A program made the position numbers and the translations under genes. A DNA stretch of 64,000 bases from Hypanus sabinus (Eukaryota), in assembly GCF_030144855.1 (NCBI RefSeq), contig NC_082731.1:24490001-24554000 (forward strand), in the 5' to 3' direction. The notes under the pieces are model-generated. The model saw nothing but the letters and a program-made list of their open reading frames with translations, made no database searches and had not been told where the DNA came from. How positions within the stretch are numbered: the stretch's first letter is position 1; every line of letters begins with the position of its first letter. Of the stretch, positions 25,282-37,927 are shown piece by piece.

Positions 25282-25855
25282 GTAAGTAGAAAACCCGTTT
25301 GTAATGGGGTGACTAATATATTCCGAAACAGCGAACAGAGCGATTTTCGACTTTCAGTGCCATATATGAGAGTAAGATAAAACACGTATAATCTGAATGT
25401 TTGAAATCTTATACGTCAGCATGTGGACTTAGAGTTGTATATTTCTTCAAGAGAAAGTAGAAAGTAGAGTTCATTTGAATTTTATGTTCAAAAAGAAGAG
25501 ACATCTATAGACTGTACAGATATCTGTATCACTGACTTCAAATCAAGAAACGCATCAGAATTGTGTTCATTGCTGATTAACAGTTGACAGTTGACATTTG
25601 TTAATCTAATTCTTATACAGATGCATATGCTGCATCATCTGAAGGACTGGAGAAGATATATAAACATTTATTGAAAACAATGAATTGAGGGATATATGTT
25701 TCAAGTGATGAAGTGTTGTGGAACTTTGACCAGGCACTCAACAGACTATGCAATTATCTAATAGGTTTATTTCATTTTATGTAAACAGCCAGGCGGCGTG
25801 CAGCCAAATGGTTTGAATATGAAAGTTGAAATATTATACCCCCCCTGTATTCCAG

Positions 25856-26157
25856 ATCTGAGTGATGCAAGTTCAGTAACTCAACGGGAATCTTCACACA
25901 CAGGAACTGAGGGCGAATACATTACCTTCACGTGCAGCTTCACCAGTGATGCTAACTACTTATTTTGGTATCGCCAAAACTCTGGCAGACAGGTCGAGTT
26001 TGTGGCTCGTCGAAGCGCACGAGGTGGAAACGACATTCAGGCGGATTTTGCCAAAGGCCGGTTTGCTGATGTAGTACAGGAAGGACAAATGGAGTATCGG
26101 TTGACCATCCCGGCGATGCGGCTATATGATATGGCAACATATTATTGTGCCGTACCT
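25856..26157 (+). CDS. T-cell receptor alpha/delta-type variable (V) segment, apparently intact
   Basis: Open frame SSVTQRESSHTGTEGEYITFTCSF...YLFWYRQ...ADFAKGRF...EYRLTI...DMATYYCAVP with canonical V-set Cys/Trp/Cys, directly followed by a 23-RSS. The alpha/delta assignment rests on the 23-RSS and framework motifs. Confidence 0.92.
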
Positions 26158-26196
26158 CACAGTGCTGGAGACAGACTGCATCCTCGTACAATAACT
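26158..26196 (+). promoter_or_regulatory. Recombination signal sequence, 23-bp spacer
   Basis: CACAGTG (26158-26164) + 23 nt + ACAATAACT (26188-26196; consensus ACAAAAACC). Confidence 0.95.
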
Positions 26197-27139
26197 GCAG
26201 AAAGTATCTGAGGCACAGCTGCTGATGTCTGTGTCTCTTTGCCACAAGTTTCCGGCTATTGATGTGGAATTGCAGTGGCTACTGTGAATTTTCATCAATT
26301 AACTGTGTATAAATACTTCTCCGAAGTTAAGTGCATTAGTCTACTGAAACACGGCTCAAAAGAATCTGAAACATGTTTAAGTCAATTATCGGAGAATTTG
26401 CTTCAGCTACTCTTGATACAAAGCTAATTTACGCCTGGTGTGTAGTAATAAAACAACAAGTCTTAATTACGCAGGTCTGTATAATTATAAATAGAATGGA
26501 GCGAGAGACCTTATAAACTCGGCAGCATTTCACCATTTCTGCGTCATTAGACATAAATATGATCAGCTATTTATGGAAGTCCTAAACACAAAACAAATCA
26601 TTCTTGTTAATTTATTTATTTAGAAAATGATCCATTATTGCGTGCCTTTAGTTTGAAAAAAAAAATGTTCGATCCTCTGGAGTAATGCCTCTGCAGAAAA
26701 TATTCTGGATCAGGTCTTGTAATCAATGAGATAGGATTTGAAATGTGGGTTGTAGATGCGGTGAAATGAAGGGAAAGTGAAGTTATGCAAAAGGTTAATT
26801 AGAAGTTTTGCAAGAACAGAAAAATAAACAGACAGTAAAAAATACAACATATAGAATTAAGATAATAGAATTGAAACAAGTAAATTATGATTTGTAATAG
26901 TTAGGCAGAAAAATAGTAAAAAGAGAACAGAGAACTTCAAATAGAAATTAAATATGGAAGAAAATGAAATTGAGATAAATATAAATTTTATACAACAACA
27001 TCATTTCTTACTTTCAAGATATATCAACATTTGATTACGTGCTTGATTAAATGTTTCTGCAGGCTTAACATCGCTTCTGATTTTCCAGTTTGAATGAAAA
27101 GGTGACTGGGGAATTTCCAAGCAATCTGTCTCTCTTCTG

Positions 27140-30100
27140 CCCTGCAGAACAGTCAGTTCATGTTGGCAGCAAGATCTGTATGCTCAGCCTGATCCTGTTC
27201 ACACTGCTGGAGCATGTCTGCTCTGCGAGATCCAGTTCAAAACGAATCAAGTTCACTGACGACACAGCAGTAGCTGGCGACGTCAACAGTAGCAATGAGA
27301 CGGCATGCAGAGAGGAAGTAGAACGTGACGGGACGTGTTCTCCGGCCCTCTGCAAGCGACCTAGTTGGAGTGTTTGCTGACATCTTCAGCTGCTCCCTGC
27401 TTCAGTCTAAGATCTCTTCGCGTTTTAAGCAGGCAGCGATAATTCTGGTGACGAAGAACAGCAAGGTGACATGCCTGAATGACTACCGACCTGTGGCTCT
27501 AACATCAATTGCTAAGAAGTGCTTCGAGCAATTGGTTATGGCACACATCAAACATAACCTACCGTTAAACCTCGAAGCTTTGCAATTTGCCTCCCGGAGA
27601 AACAGGTAAACGGCAGATGTCATCTCTCTAGCACAGCATTCCTCCTTAGAACACCAGGAAAATAAAGACGCATATGTAATGTTCCTTTTCCTCGTCTGCA
27701 GCTTTGCCTTTAATACCATTATTCCAAATAAACTGATCCCTAACCTCCGGACCTGGGTCTTAGCACTCGGATCTACAGCTGGGTATTCAACTTCCTCACA
27801 GACAAGGCGCAGGCTATAAGGAAAGGGGACATGCTCTCCTCTGTAATCACTCTGAGCACCGGTGTCCGACAAGGCTGTGTACCTAGCCACCTGCTATACT
27901 CACTGTCACACATGATTGTGTAGCCAAGGTTCCATCGAACTCAATATACAAACCCAATTTACAGGAAAGCTGGGATATTTTCCAAAAAGCAACAAAAATT
28001 ATTCTGTGATAGGTTAATTAATTCACGTGAAACTTTATTTAACTGACAATAGTACAAAGAAAGGATTTTCCATAATTTTACTAACCACCTTAATTTTATT
28101 TGGTAAATATTTAGATTTAGAATTGGATGGCTGTAACACACTTAACAAGAGATGACAGAGATAAAATAAGATAGAAAAGTGCACAGAATATTCAAGCAGC
28201 AAATGTTTGGAAAACTCCACATTAACCAGGTTATTTGGTAGCAGATGAGGTATCATGACTGGGTATAAAGGTAGCGTCCATCAAAGGCTCTGTCTTTGCA
28301 AGCAAGGATGCTTCGTGGCTCACCCCTCTGTGCCACAATTCGTGAGGGAATTGCTAGTTACTTCAAAAGGAACATTTCCAAATGCCAGATTGCAGAGAAT
28401 TAATGCCTTTCAACATCTACAGTGCATACTACTGTGAAAAGATTCAGAGAATTCAGAGACATCTCAGTGCGTAAAGGGCATGGTCGGAAACGACTGCTGA
28501 AATGAGCGTGATCTTCGAGCCCTCCGGCGGCACTGCCTAAGAAACCGTCATGCGACAGTGACAATTATAGCCACCTGGGCTCAGGAGTACTTTGGAAAAT
28601 TGTTGTTCCTTAACACAGTCTGTTCCTGCATCCAGAAATGCAACTTGAAACTGTATTACGCAAGGAGGAAGCCATACATCAACTCAATGCAGAAACGCTG
28701 GCGAGTTCGCTGTGCCCGAACTCATCTCAGCTGGACCTAAAGACTGTGGAACAGTGTGCTGTGATCGGATGAGCCTACATTTCATCTAGTTTTCCAGGGG
28801 GAAAAAAAAAAACAAGCGTCGAGATCTCTCTGCCAAATATGAAAATGATGATGCTGATTGTTATCAGCGAAAGTTGCAAAAGCCAGAATCTGTGATGGTA
28901 TGGGGGTGCATCAGTGCCGATGGCATGGGTGAGTTCCATGGATGTGAAGGTATCATTGACTCTGAGCCGTATATTAGTATTTTAGAGAGACATATGTTGC
29001 CATCAAGGCGACGTCTCTTCCCGGAACGTCCATGCTTATTTCAGCAGGACAATGCAAGACCACATTCTGCACGGGCTACAACAGCGTGGCTTTGTAGACA
29101 CAGAGTGCTTGTGCTTCACTGTCCTGCTGCCAGTCCAGATCTATCTGCTACTGAAAATATATGGCGCATCATGAAGAGGAGTATCAGACAACGGAGACCA
29201 TGGACTGTTGAGCAGCTGAAGTCTTATATCAGGCAAGAATGGATAAAATTTCCAGTTGCAAATCTACTACAATTAGTATCCTCAGTTCCACAACGATTAA
29301 AAAGATTTTATTAAAAGGAAAGGTGATGTGGCGCAAAGGTAAACGTGCCTATCTCCCAACTTTTGTTTAGTGTGTTGCACCCATCAAATTATAAATTTGT
29401 GTATATTTACAAAATACAATTATGTTGGTCAGTAAAACTATTGAACATTTTTTCTTTGTACTTTTGTCAATTAAATAAAGGTTCACGTGAATAAACGTAT
29501 CACAGATTTCTGTTTTTATTGCATTTTAGCAAATAACCCCAGTTTTCTGGAAACGAGGTATGTATACGTTTGCTGATGACACCACAATTCTAGGCAGAAT
29601 CTTGGGTAATGATGAGTCTGTGTACAGAGAGGAAATTAATAACCTGCTGAAAGGTTTGAAGTCAACAAACCTATCCCTCAACGTCAGCAAGACGAAGTTT
29701 GTTGACTTCAGACGGAGTAGCGGACCCCATGACCCCATGTATATCGGTGGTGCGCCGGTGGAACAGATCGAAAGTTTTAGCTTCCTCGGGATGAATATTA
29801 CAAATGACATGAATTGGTCTAACCAAGCAGAGTCCACAGCCAAGAAGACCCACCAGCGCCTTTGCTTCCCGAGAAAGCGGAAGGAATTTGGCCTATCCCC
29901 TAAAACCCTCACTAATTGTTATAGGTGCACCCTAGAATGCATTATTCTGGAGTACATCAGAACCTGGTATTGAATTTGTCCTGTTAATGAACGGATGAAG
30001 CTGCGGAAGATCGTGAACCTCGACCAGCACATCACACAAACCAATGTCCATCACTTTACGCCACACGCTGTCGGAGCAGTGCAGCCAGGATAATCAAGGA

Positions 30101-30450
30101 TAAGTCCCACCCAGTCAACACGCTTTTTGTCCAACTTCCCTACGGGAGAAGGTTCAGGACCATGATGATTCGTGCGGCCTGATTTGGGAAAAGCTTCTTT
30201 CCAACTGTGATAAGACTGCTGAACAGATCCTGAACTGGTTCTGGGCAGTACGCTCCAAAATCTGGACCTGACTTTCACTACGGTACTTCCCATTTTTTAT
30301 TTTCTAATTATGATTTATAATTTAAACTTTCATTACATCTACTTCGATTTGTACTTCAGGGAGCGCGAAGCGCAGAAACAATTATCACAGTGATAAGTGT
30401 AACATTAGCATCAAATGTATGGTGACAATAAAGTATTTATATTTCTATTT
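27140..30450 (+). mobile_element. Rex1/Babar-type LINE split by a Tc1 insertion (27140-27948 and 29563-30450)
   Basis: VFADIFSCSL...CLNDYRPVALTS...KCFEQLV upstream; YTFADDTT...NLSLNVSKTK.VDFRR downstream; (ATTTCT)n tail. Confidence 0.88.
27949..29562 (+). mobile_element. Tc1-family DNA transposon (frameshifted DDE transposase)
   Basis: TA-flanked, long imperfect TIRs; VMVWGCIS...FQQDNARPH...SPDLSATENIW...LKSYIRQEW. Confidence 0.95.
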
Positions 30451-31654
30451 CTATTTCTGGATGTGTCGTGCCCAATGATTACACAGAAAATTAAGTTACT
30501 GACACATACAGCTAATCCAATGAAAACACTTGATCCACACGCTTTAATGTACTACCCGTTCCTATCGTAAACATCATTACTTCTCCTGAAAAGATCCAAC
30601 TGCACTAAAATCTCAAAATTCATCCACTCCGACGAATGTTCAGCCATCATTCCATTGCCAACTTATACCTTTATTATATTTACTGGTGCGTGGCACAGAC
30701 AACGTGGTCTGGCGATAACAACATATAAAAGGATTGCAGTCCAGCTTCGTACCCAGAGTTTAGTTTCACTGGTATCGATCGTGATTTTTTGTTTGTTTTT
30801 GTCAACAGTACTTTAAAATAGATAGTAATTAAATGTCTGAAAATAATACTATTTGCACGTATATTTAAAATGTGTCTTAAATAGCCTATTGCAAATGGAG
30901 AATATATTGTGAGATAGCGTATACAGTTTCCTTGTCCATGTATAAATTAATTTACCAAGGAAAATGACTTGTCCTGGAAAGGTTGAGCGCATGAAAATGA
31001 TTTCCTGTTCGTCTTTCCTATGTTAGCAATGAGAAGAGTGCATGTCCTGCGTAACGAGGGTATTTAATCGGGGTATTTAGAGAGGATCTTTCTGAGGTAT
31101 CACCTTTGGAAGTATTCCTTTCCTCGACGCCGTGAATGATAATGCACATGATGGAACTCGCAGTGTTCTTTCTTATTAACGCAAATAATGTGAATTTTTA
31201 TTCATGAGAAATAACTGTAGTGTCAATATTGAAAATTGAGCAACAATGTGACATGGGTTAAATAGTCCTTTTGCCAATCTTTTCATTAATTTACATATAA
31301 GAATACAGATAACAAGGAAAACAATATCAATGCATTATACTAAAACGCATATAAATTCTTTTTGCACTATATACAAACAGACTGAATAGATCGTATCACA
31401 GTAATATAGTAATTTTACTATTTAAAGAAACTTACCCACTACCCAGATCGAAGCAGATTCGTACGGAAATAATGGGAAACAATGTCATCATCTGTGCTTT
31501 AATAGAAAATCAGGGGTTTTGAAAATAATTCAGAATTGTTCCACACAATGGTTTAAAGTCAACACTAGATTCAAAGGTTGAACATGGAAATCTCGATAAA
31601 TTTGAACATTACAAAACATCAAATAACCTCTGGGCATGAGTCAGAAGAAAGGCG

Positions 31655-32240
31655 TCATTTTTCATAAGGTCGGCGCTGGGAGCGGACTTAAATACAAGAT
31701 ACAGACACTGAAGTACCAGGAAGTGGATTGGACGAGAGTTATGGACGGGGTAGAGCACAGACCAGGAGGTGAGGCAGGAACACAGACTTGGGCTAGGACT
31801 ATGGCTTGGAAAGCGCGACAAGAGCAAAGAACTGGAAACTAGGACCCCTGGATTGGATTCCGAGCCAGAGACTGGACAAGGGCACTGAACTTAGTACTTG
31901 ACTCGGGCTCGGACCCCGGAACTCGGCAACGATATGACATGGCTTCAGTCCTCTACATGGCTTGGTTGCAAAACCAGACGAGCCTTGGGTTCTTCGAGGC
32001 TTGGAGGCAGGAATAGGCAAGGCTTGGGATTTTCGAGGCCTGGTTGAAGGAGCAGGCGAGGCTTGGCTGCAGGACTAGTCATCGAACTCATGCACAGGAC
32101 AATGCACATGAACAGGACAAGAACCTGAAGCCTTGACTTAACTTTGGGACATCTGAACACGAAGCCTTGGACTTGAGGTAACAGGAGCACGGAGCCTTGG
32201 ACTTAAGAGATCAGGGACAGAACCCTGGCCATGGACACTA
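31655..32240 (-). mobile_element. Partial solo LTR of the family at 37928-40575 and 45242-48680
   Basis: Shares ...GACTTAAATACAAGATACAGACACTGAAGTACCAGG with the other LTR ends. Confidence 0.7.
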
Positions 32241-32751
32241 ATCCCTGGAACTTTGACTATACTGTTTGCATTTTCCAAGGTAAAGATTAGTGCAAAATAC
32301 ATTTCAGTTCTTCAGTCAAATTCGTTAACATGATTTTTACATCTCCAGCATCGTTTTCTAGCGTTCCGATGTCAACGCTCGCCTCGCTGACATTTTATTA
32401 TGCATCTACTGATACTTGTGGCATGACCTTTGATATTTTCCACTCTCTTACATTCACTTTCCATCTTGATCATTTTAATGACTTCGATTGCATTTTCGTT
32501 CATTAAAAGTTTCCGAATTATCACATTTCAAGTTTTTTTTTTCAGTTATATGCTATTGTTATGTCTGTTAAGTTGGTATTGACCTCTTGGTATCCACAGC
32601 AATTTCAACTCTCCATTTTGAATACTTCTTACTTTTGGTCTGAATATAGACAGTGTTTTCCTATTGGTTCCAGGTATTCAATCCGTCTCTACACTGTTGT
32701 CGGCCCTGTCAGTCTTCTTTTCCACACCAGTTAGATGGCATAAGTTTGCAC

Positions 32752-33060
32752 TGCCTTTGTAATCAGCAAACGCGAGGCTCTTCACTGTGGTTGTTACTGC
32801 AGAGGAACAGTCTCAACAAAGTGAACGCACGGCAAAAATGGAGTTTCTGTTCACTGATATGCAGCCCTCCACCCCCACACCGCCCCTTGCGAATTTGTCT
32901 GTTTCAAGGAAATCAGCAACGGTACACTGGTCAAGAATTTGTTTCGAAAGTGTCGCTTCTGCCATTTTTTAATTTTATTTATGATCGACCACATGTATGT
33001 TAATAGAAGTACATTTTCCGAAGGACACTAAATTTATTGGCATAGACTCCAGCACTAAAT
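32752..33060 (-). pseudogene. Decayed V segment with 22-bp-spacer RSS
   Basis: Minus strand ...TCT GCA GTA ACA AC|CACAGTG (32789-32783) + 22 nt + ACAAAGGCA (32760-32752). Upstream fragments W-Q-K-R-H and D-K-F-A-R-G echo the WxRQH and DFAKG motifs of the other V genes. Confidence 0.45.
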
Positions 33061-33293
33061 ATGTATACGTAGATCAAAAGTGTCCCTATTTTGGGCATAC
33101 TTATACTCTCCCGATCCTGCCTGTGCTCTTGAGACCAGAATTAGAACATGCAAAAAAGATAGACAACAATGTGGCACGGTCCAACTCATTCGACACACGA
33201 TGCTGACATTTTATCCTGCTCTTGTATAATATATCTTTCCCTCTTACTTAATTGGCAGAGCCTTGCCAGGTATTCCATCGGGCCCTACTGCCT

Positions 33294-33387
33294 TGTAACA
33301 TAGCCTGGCTATGTTGTATTCAACATGTTGTAACATAGCCTGGCTATGTTGTATTCAACATGTTGTAACATAGCCTGGCTTGTAACA
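33294..33387. repeat. 35-bp perfect tandem repeat (about 2.5 copies) with internal hairpin
   Basis: Unit TGTAACATAGCCTGGCTATGTTGTATTCAACATGT; AACATAGC-ctg-GCTATGTT is an inverted repeat. Confidence 0.95.
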
Positions 33388-33607
33388 GTCGACATACTGC
33401 TAAGATAATAATAACTGTACAATCATTCCCTCTTTCATAGCAAATACAAATAGGCACTGAAACAGTCTGTCATTCAAGATGTAGAATTTGGATTGATAGT
33501 AAGTGATGATTTGCGCACGCTTCCGGTGTTGACGAGCAGCCGATATCGCCTTCAACCTGTCCTGAATTTGCTTCATGGCTCTTGAGATAAAATTCCACAT
33601 GCCATAC

Positions 33608-33671
33608 CTGATTTTCATATACAAAACATGGATCACCAAATTTAGATGCCTCAGAAGATCTCAAAAAATCC
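33608..33671 (-). pseudogene. Decayed J-like segment, homologous to the 37437 copy
   Basis: Minus strand: GGATTTTTTG nonamer-like, ...AAA TTT GGT GAT CCA TGT TTT GTA TAT GAA AAT CAG|GTATGG. Downstream intron (33541-33607) aligns with 37370-37436. Confidence 0.4.
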
Positions 33672-35785
33672 TTCAGTTTAATTCACGGCTCGGGATAATG
33701 TGGAAAGCGGAACATCTTTGTGGTATAGTTGGAATCTCTTGAACGGGTACTAACATCAAGGTTTGTGAAAAATAACCTGACGTCCCTGAACAGGCCACTA
33801 ATGAAATCGAGGGTACGTGAAATCCCCGGCTTTGCTGCTATCTTGTCCATGTACACGACTAATTGCACAAAAACGCGACCGAGGGCAATACTGCTAGGAA
33901 GTAGAGCATACCCCTCGAATGCTTCTTGAGCTTTGGACAGTTAGCAAGTGACATTCGCCAGAAGGATCTTCTCCGGGTGCACTGACTATGGTTGTCTATC
34001 GAATCGGACGAATCGCATTTGCTAGATAAAGCGTAAGGATTTTGATTCTTGGAAGCGGGAGATATGCAATCGGCAAAACATGGCAAATAAAATGAAAAAA
34101 GTATATTAAAAAAAAAGCAAAAAAAAAAAAAAAAAACCCGAATTGTTTGCTCCGCGGCAATTTCAAAGGCATTCTTTATTTAAGATATTTTTTTATGATT
34201 CATCGAAAATTAAAAGGATGCGCATCCCCTTCCAGGCAACACTACCTGTTTCGAAAGGTAGTTCGACAGCAAACAGCTCTCAGTTATCAGTATCATAATT
34301 GGGTTTACCTGGTGACAGTATTTATGAAATTTATGCATAGCGATACGACATTTTATTTGTGTTTGGACTCTTGGACCAGAATGACATTACACCAAGGCCT
34401 AAAGCGTTTGTCTCAAAAGCAATTGGCAGATCAGGTTTTGATATGCGAAATATAGGACCAGACGCTAAAGAAAAGGAAATCGTAATTTCACTCGAGATAG
34501 ACAGCGCCTTTGCGTCTAGCAGAAACAACATGAAAGCCAAACACACAACCTACAGAAGAAGAAACAAGCCTTTCATCTGTTTAGCGTACGATCCCTGCCG
34601 CGCCTTAGCAAATGCTCAATTTTTTTTTTTGCTTTTTGCAAGCGCAACGACCACGCTCGTCAAACTCTATAGAAGATGACATATGGACTTTCAACACTTG
34701 ATCAGGGAAAATCAGATAATTAAACGCAAATTCAAATTCAAAATGGATAAATGTTAAATCCAGAAGTGTGAAATGTGCTCTGTGCTATCTCTCCCAATTT
34801 ACACACACGAAATTCAGGAAATGCACTGCCGACCACGTCGCAACTATGCGAAAACGTAAACAGTCAATATTCTGATGCGGCTTCATATATCACGGATGGT
34901 TCTCGCCTGAAAAGAAGGCCAAATAATATCACAGTGATTAGTGCTGTTAATTTTGTCCGGTGAGGATTAAAAGCGAGTTGCCTGCAGATTGGAATGTTCC
35001 TAGTTGGGAAATCTTCCAAAAAAAAAAAGAGAATGCACATTGACTCGAAAAGACCGGCAGGAATGCCGACTAGGAGGTCTTGCTCTGCTGGTAAAATTAA
35101 AATGAAATCCAGTCATTTCATAGACACAACATAGCGACGGTAAGTATTGAATTACTGTCGCTAAACCTAGGGAACTGCAAGGGTAAAAATTCCTTGGAAG
35201 GAGATACAAAATGATTACAGGAGGTAGAGAATGAACGTCAAATGGGCAATGTTACAATAGAAATGGCGGAATTGAATGTGTAGTTGTATTGCTAAATCAG
35301 CGATGCTACTGATTTTCTGGAGTGCCGAAGAGATTTTTGCTTTTAATATTTTCGTAGTTGCTCCCAATGGTGGAAAATCTTTTTTCGATGTTTAGCTGTG
35401 AAAGCAAAAACAATTGAATAGACAGCTAATGGTTCAGGTTCCGTCAGGGTGAATACATACGAATACACACTGAATTATGAAGAGCAGCTAAATTTAAATA
35501 TATCAGTATTTCAGTTATAAGAAATAAGTTGTCAAAAGAATGATTGGGAAAAAAAAAACTTGTCAGTGATCACGGCAGATTAACAATGGCTGGGATATCT
35601 GCAGGCAGTTGAGAAGGCACAGTCTACATGCAAGCCAGAGAGTAAGAGTTGTTCAAATGCAAAGTTGTCATAACCGTGGAGAACTTGAGAATTCCACAGA
35701 AACATAACAGACAAAACACGGGCAGATTTTTTTGTAAAAGCAGCTTGTCTGATAGGGATGCTTTTTTAAAACAAACAAAAAACAA

Positions 35786-36050
35786 TCAGAATTCATTAAG
35801 ATAGTAAACATGGATTATCAACGTAAGCTGGCCATGAATATCAAAAATCATGTGACGAGATTCCTCAGAGGCATAAAATGTAACAGAGAAGTGAGAGTTG
35901 ATACCGAACGGCTGGGAAACGATGCTGTAGTATTGGGTGTCGGTTGAAGAATCTGGCGTACGATATGAAAAGTATTTTGCACCTGTCTTCATTGTGGAAT
36001 ACACTAGCAATAGGGTGGAGGATCCAGAGTGAGTGTTCATGAACTGTTTG
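35786..36050 (-). pseudogene. Decayed V-like segment
   Basis: ORF ...YFSYRTPDS...QYY...GINSHFSVTF...GQLTLIIHVYYL resembles WYRQ.PD / G..SRFS / GLQLTDSAVYYC. Conserved Cys and Trp are lost and no clean RSS is present. Confidence 0.35.
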
Positions 36051-36059
36051 AAGTTATCA

Positions 36060-36830
36060 TGAATAGAGAAAAGGTTCTTGGGAAAGTTGGAGGTCTGAAG
36101 TTAGGCAGTTTGCACAGCTAACTGGAGTCAATATTTCTGCAATAGTTTTCTAAACAGTTCGAGGAGTTTTAAGCATTGATCTATCACAAATCCTGAGATC
36201 ATGTATTTGATTGCAGAAGAGATGAAAATTTCAAATGTTGCTCCTTTATTCAAGAAGGCAGAGATGCAGAAGAAAGGAATCTATCGGCCAGTGAAGCTGA
36301 CCTCAGCTTTCGGGACCATTATTGAGGAAATTATTAAAAATGTGTTTCAGGATACTTATAGACACAAAACAAAATAGGCTGTAGTAATCTTAGTTTCCAC
36401 AAGGGTAAGTCTTCCCTGACGCTTCTGCTTAAATTATTTGAAGAAATAACAGGCAGAATAGACAATTAATATTTGGCTGACGTTGTGCGCTTCGAAACCT
36501 ACCACTCATGAGTCTACATGACACGCTACGAACAGTTGGTGTTACAGAAAGGATTCAAATATCAATAGAACAGTGGTTGATAGGGATGAGGCAATGTATA
36601 CCGGGAGTACTTTTGCTGGAAGGCTGCCGGTAACCAACGACGTTCAACAGAATTGAAGTCGTTGCCGATATTTCTTATGCTATATGTCAATGCACTGGAA
36701 TATGAAACGGATGATATTTTTTTTTTATTTTTGCAAACGATATGTATATACCTGAAGAAACAGGTAGTAGAGAGACTCTGCATGTATCTACGCAGTTTAA
36801 GCAAATTAACGAATAAATACCAAATGGAGT
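36060..36830 (+). mobile_element. Decayed CR1 RT fragment
   Basis: Degenerate KVLGKLEGLK, PLFKKA...KKGIYRPV.LTS, ADILMLYVN-like motifs. Confidence 0.7.
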
Positions 36831-37436
36831 GAAGTGCTAACGTATATGGCCACGTATTTTGTGGAAAAATAATGAAAGGATCGTTGCAACGTGTCTTTGG
36901 CCCCCTGGAGTAGGGTTCCCTTAATATAATTTGTGGTAAAAGACGACGGTAGGGAAGGCAAGCGCAATTTCAGCATCCAGTTCAAATGTCTCGAATATCA
37001 AAGCAATTAAGTACTTTTTTAATTAATTATGAAACACACAGCAGGCCTCACTTGGGGTATTCTGAGCAGGTGTAAGCTCCTTATAATTGAAAGTATATCG
37101 CTTGACTGCAGCCCAGTTGGTGTTGCAGGTATGCAGAGACAAACCAGGAAATCCATCCGGCCCAGCTGCCTTGCAGGACAGCCTGGCGTTGGGCTCCAAA
37201 ATAGGAAACAGAGCTTCAGCGGATGATGCTGGGATTATGACGATTACGCTTTTATCCTCTCTTTCAAAGCGTATATAAAAAAGCATTCAGTTTGATTGTT
37301 ATTCTTTACGTCGAATTTTGATTTATCGGATTTAATGGATTACAAACGCTGCCAGAGATGACGTACATCCGATGTCGCTTTCAACCTGTCCTGGAATTAT
37401 TTTGTGGTTCTCGAAATAGTCATCCGAAAGTCTTAC

Positions 37437-37511
37437 CTGGTTCTCTTGCAGAAAACGCTGATAGCCAAAGTTAAGTGCCACATATCTAGCACTCAGTAAT
37501 CTACAAACGCC
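37437..37511 (-). pseudogene. Decayed J-like segment (TCR/NAR type)
   Basis: Minus strand: nonamer-like GGCGTTTGT, then ...CTT AAC TTT GGC TAT CAG CGT TTT CTG CAA GAG AAC CAG|GTAAGA. FG motif 11 codons before a strong donor; heptamer and the second Gly of FGxG are lost. Confidence 0.45.
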
Positions 37512-37927
37512 TTGGTTCATCAAGAGTTAATGAGCGATGGGGACAGAGAGAAATGGGGAACAGAATTAGAAACTATCGAACGAGCAGCAACATCAAACAC
37601 CGTGATAAATGACCTGTCGTCCCTATTAATGGCAATTAACAATATCCTAATTTTTATGAATTCAGTGGTGTGTTAATTCCCTGGATGGGCCGTTATTTTG
37701 TATATATGTCTCCATTTGAGATCCTCCTACCTATATACTATAGGCAACCAACACGACCTTGGGAACATAACTGGGAGAAAGAGGACTCCACCCAAATTCT
37801 TGTCAGACATTGTGCAATATAACTATTGACACGGGGTGAAAATATATTCTGCGAAAATACCGATTCTAGCCTATCTATCGCATTGGTTGCATTGTGTTTC
37901 TTAGATACAATGACAAAATTGTGGTTC

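Noticed and set aside
25748-25780. ATG CAA TTA TCT... |GTAAAC as the leader of the intact V
   Set aside because: Phase 0, only 11 codons and poorly hydrophobic; the 25236-25281 exon fits phase and composition. The ORF-track start at 25798 is intronic.
33294-33387. CRISPR-like palindromic repeats
   Set aside because: No spacers, eukaryotic context and no cas genes; it is a simple tandem duplication.
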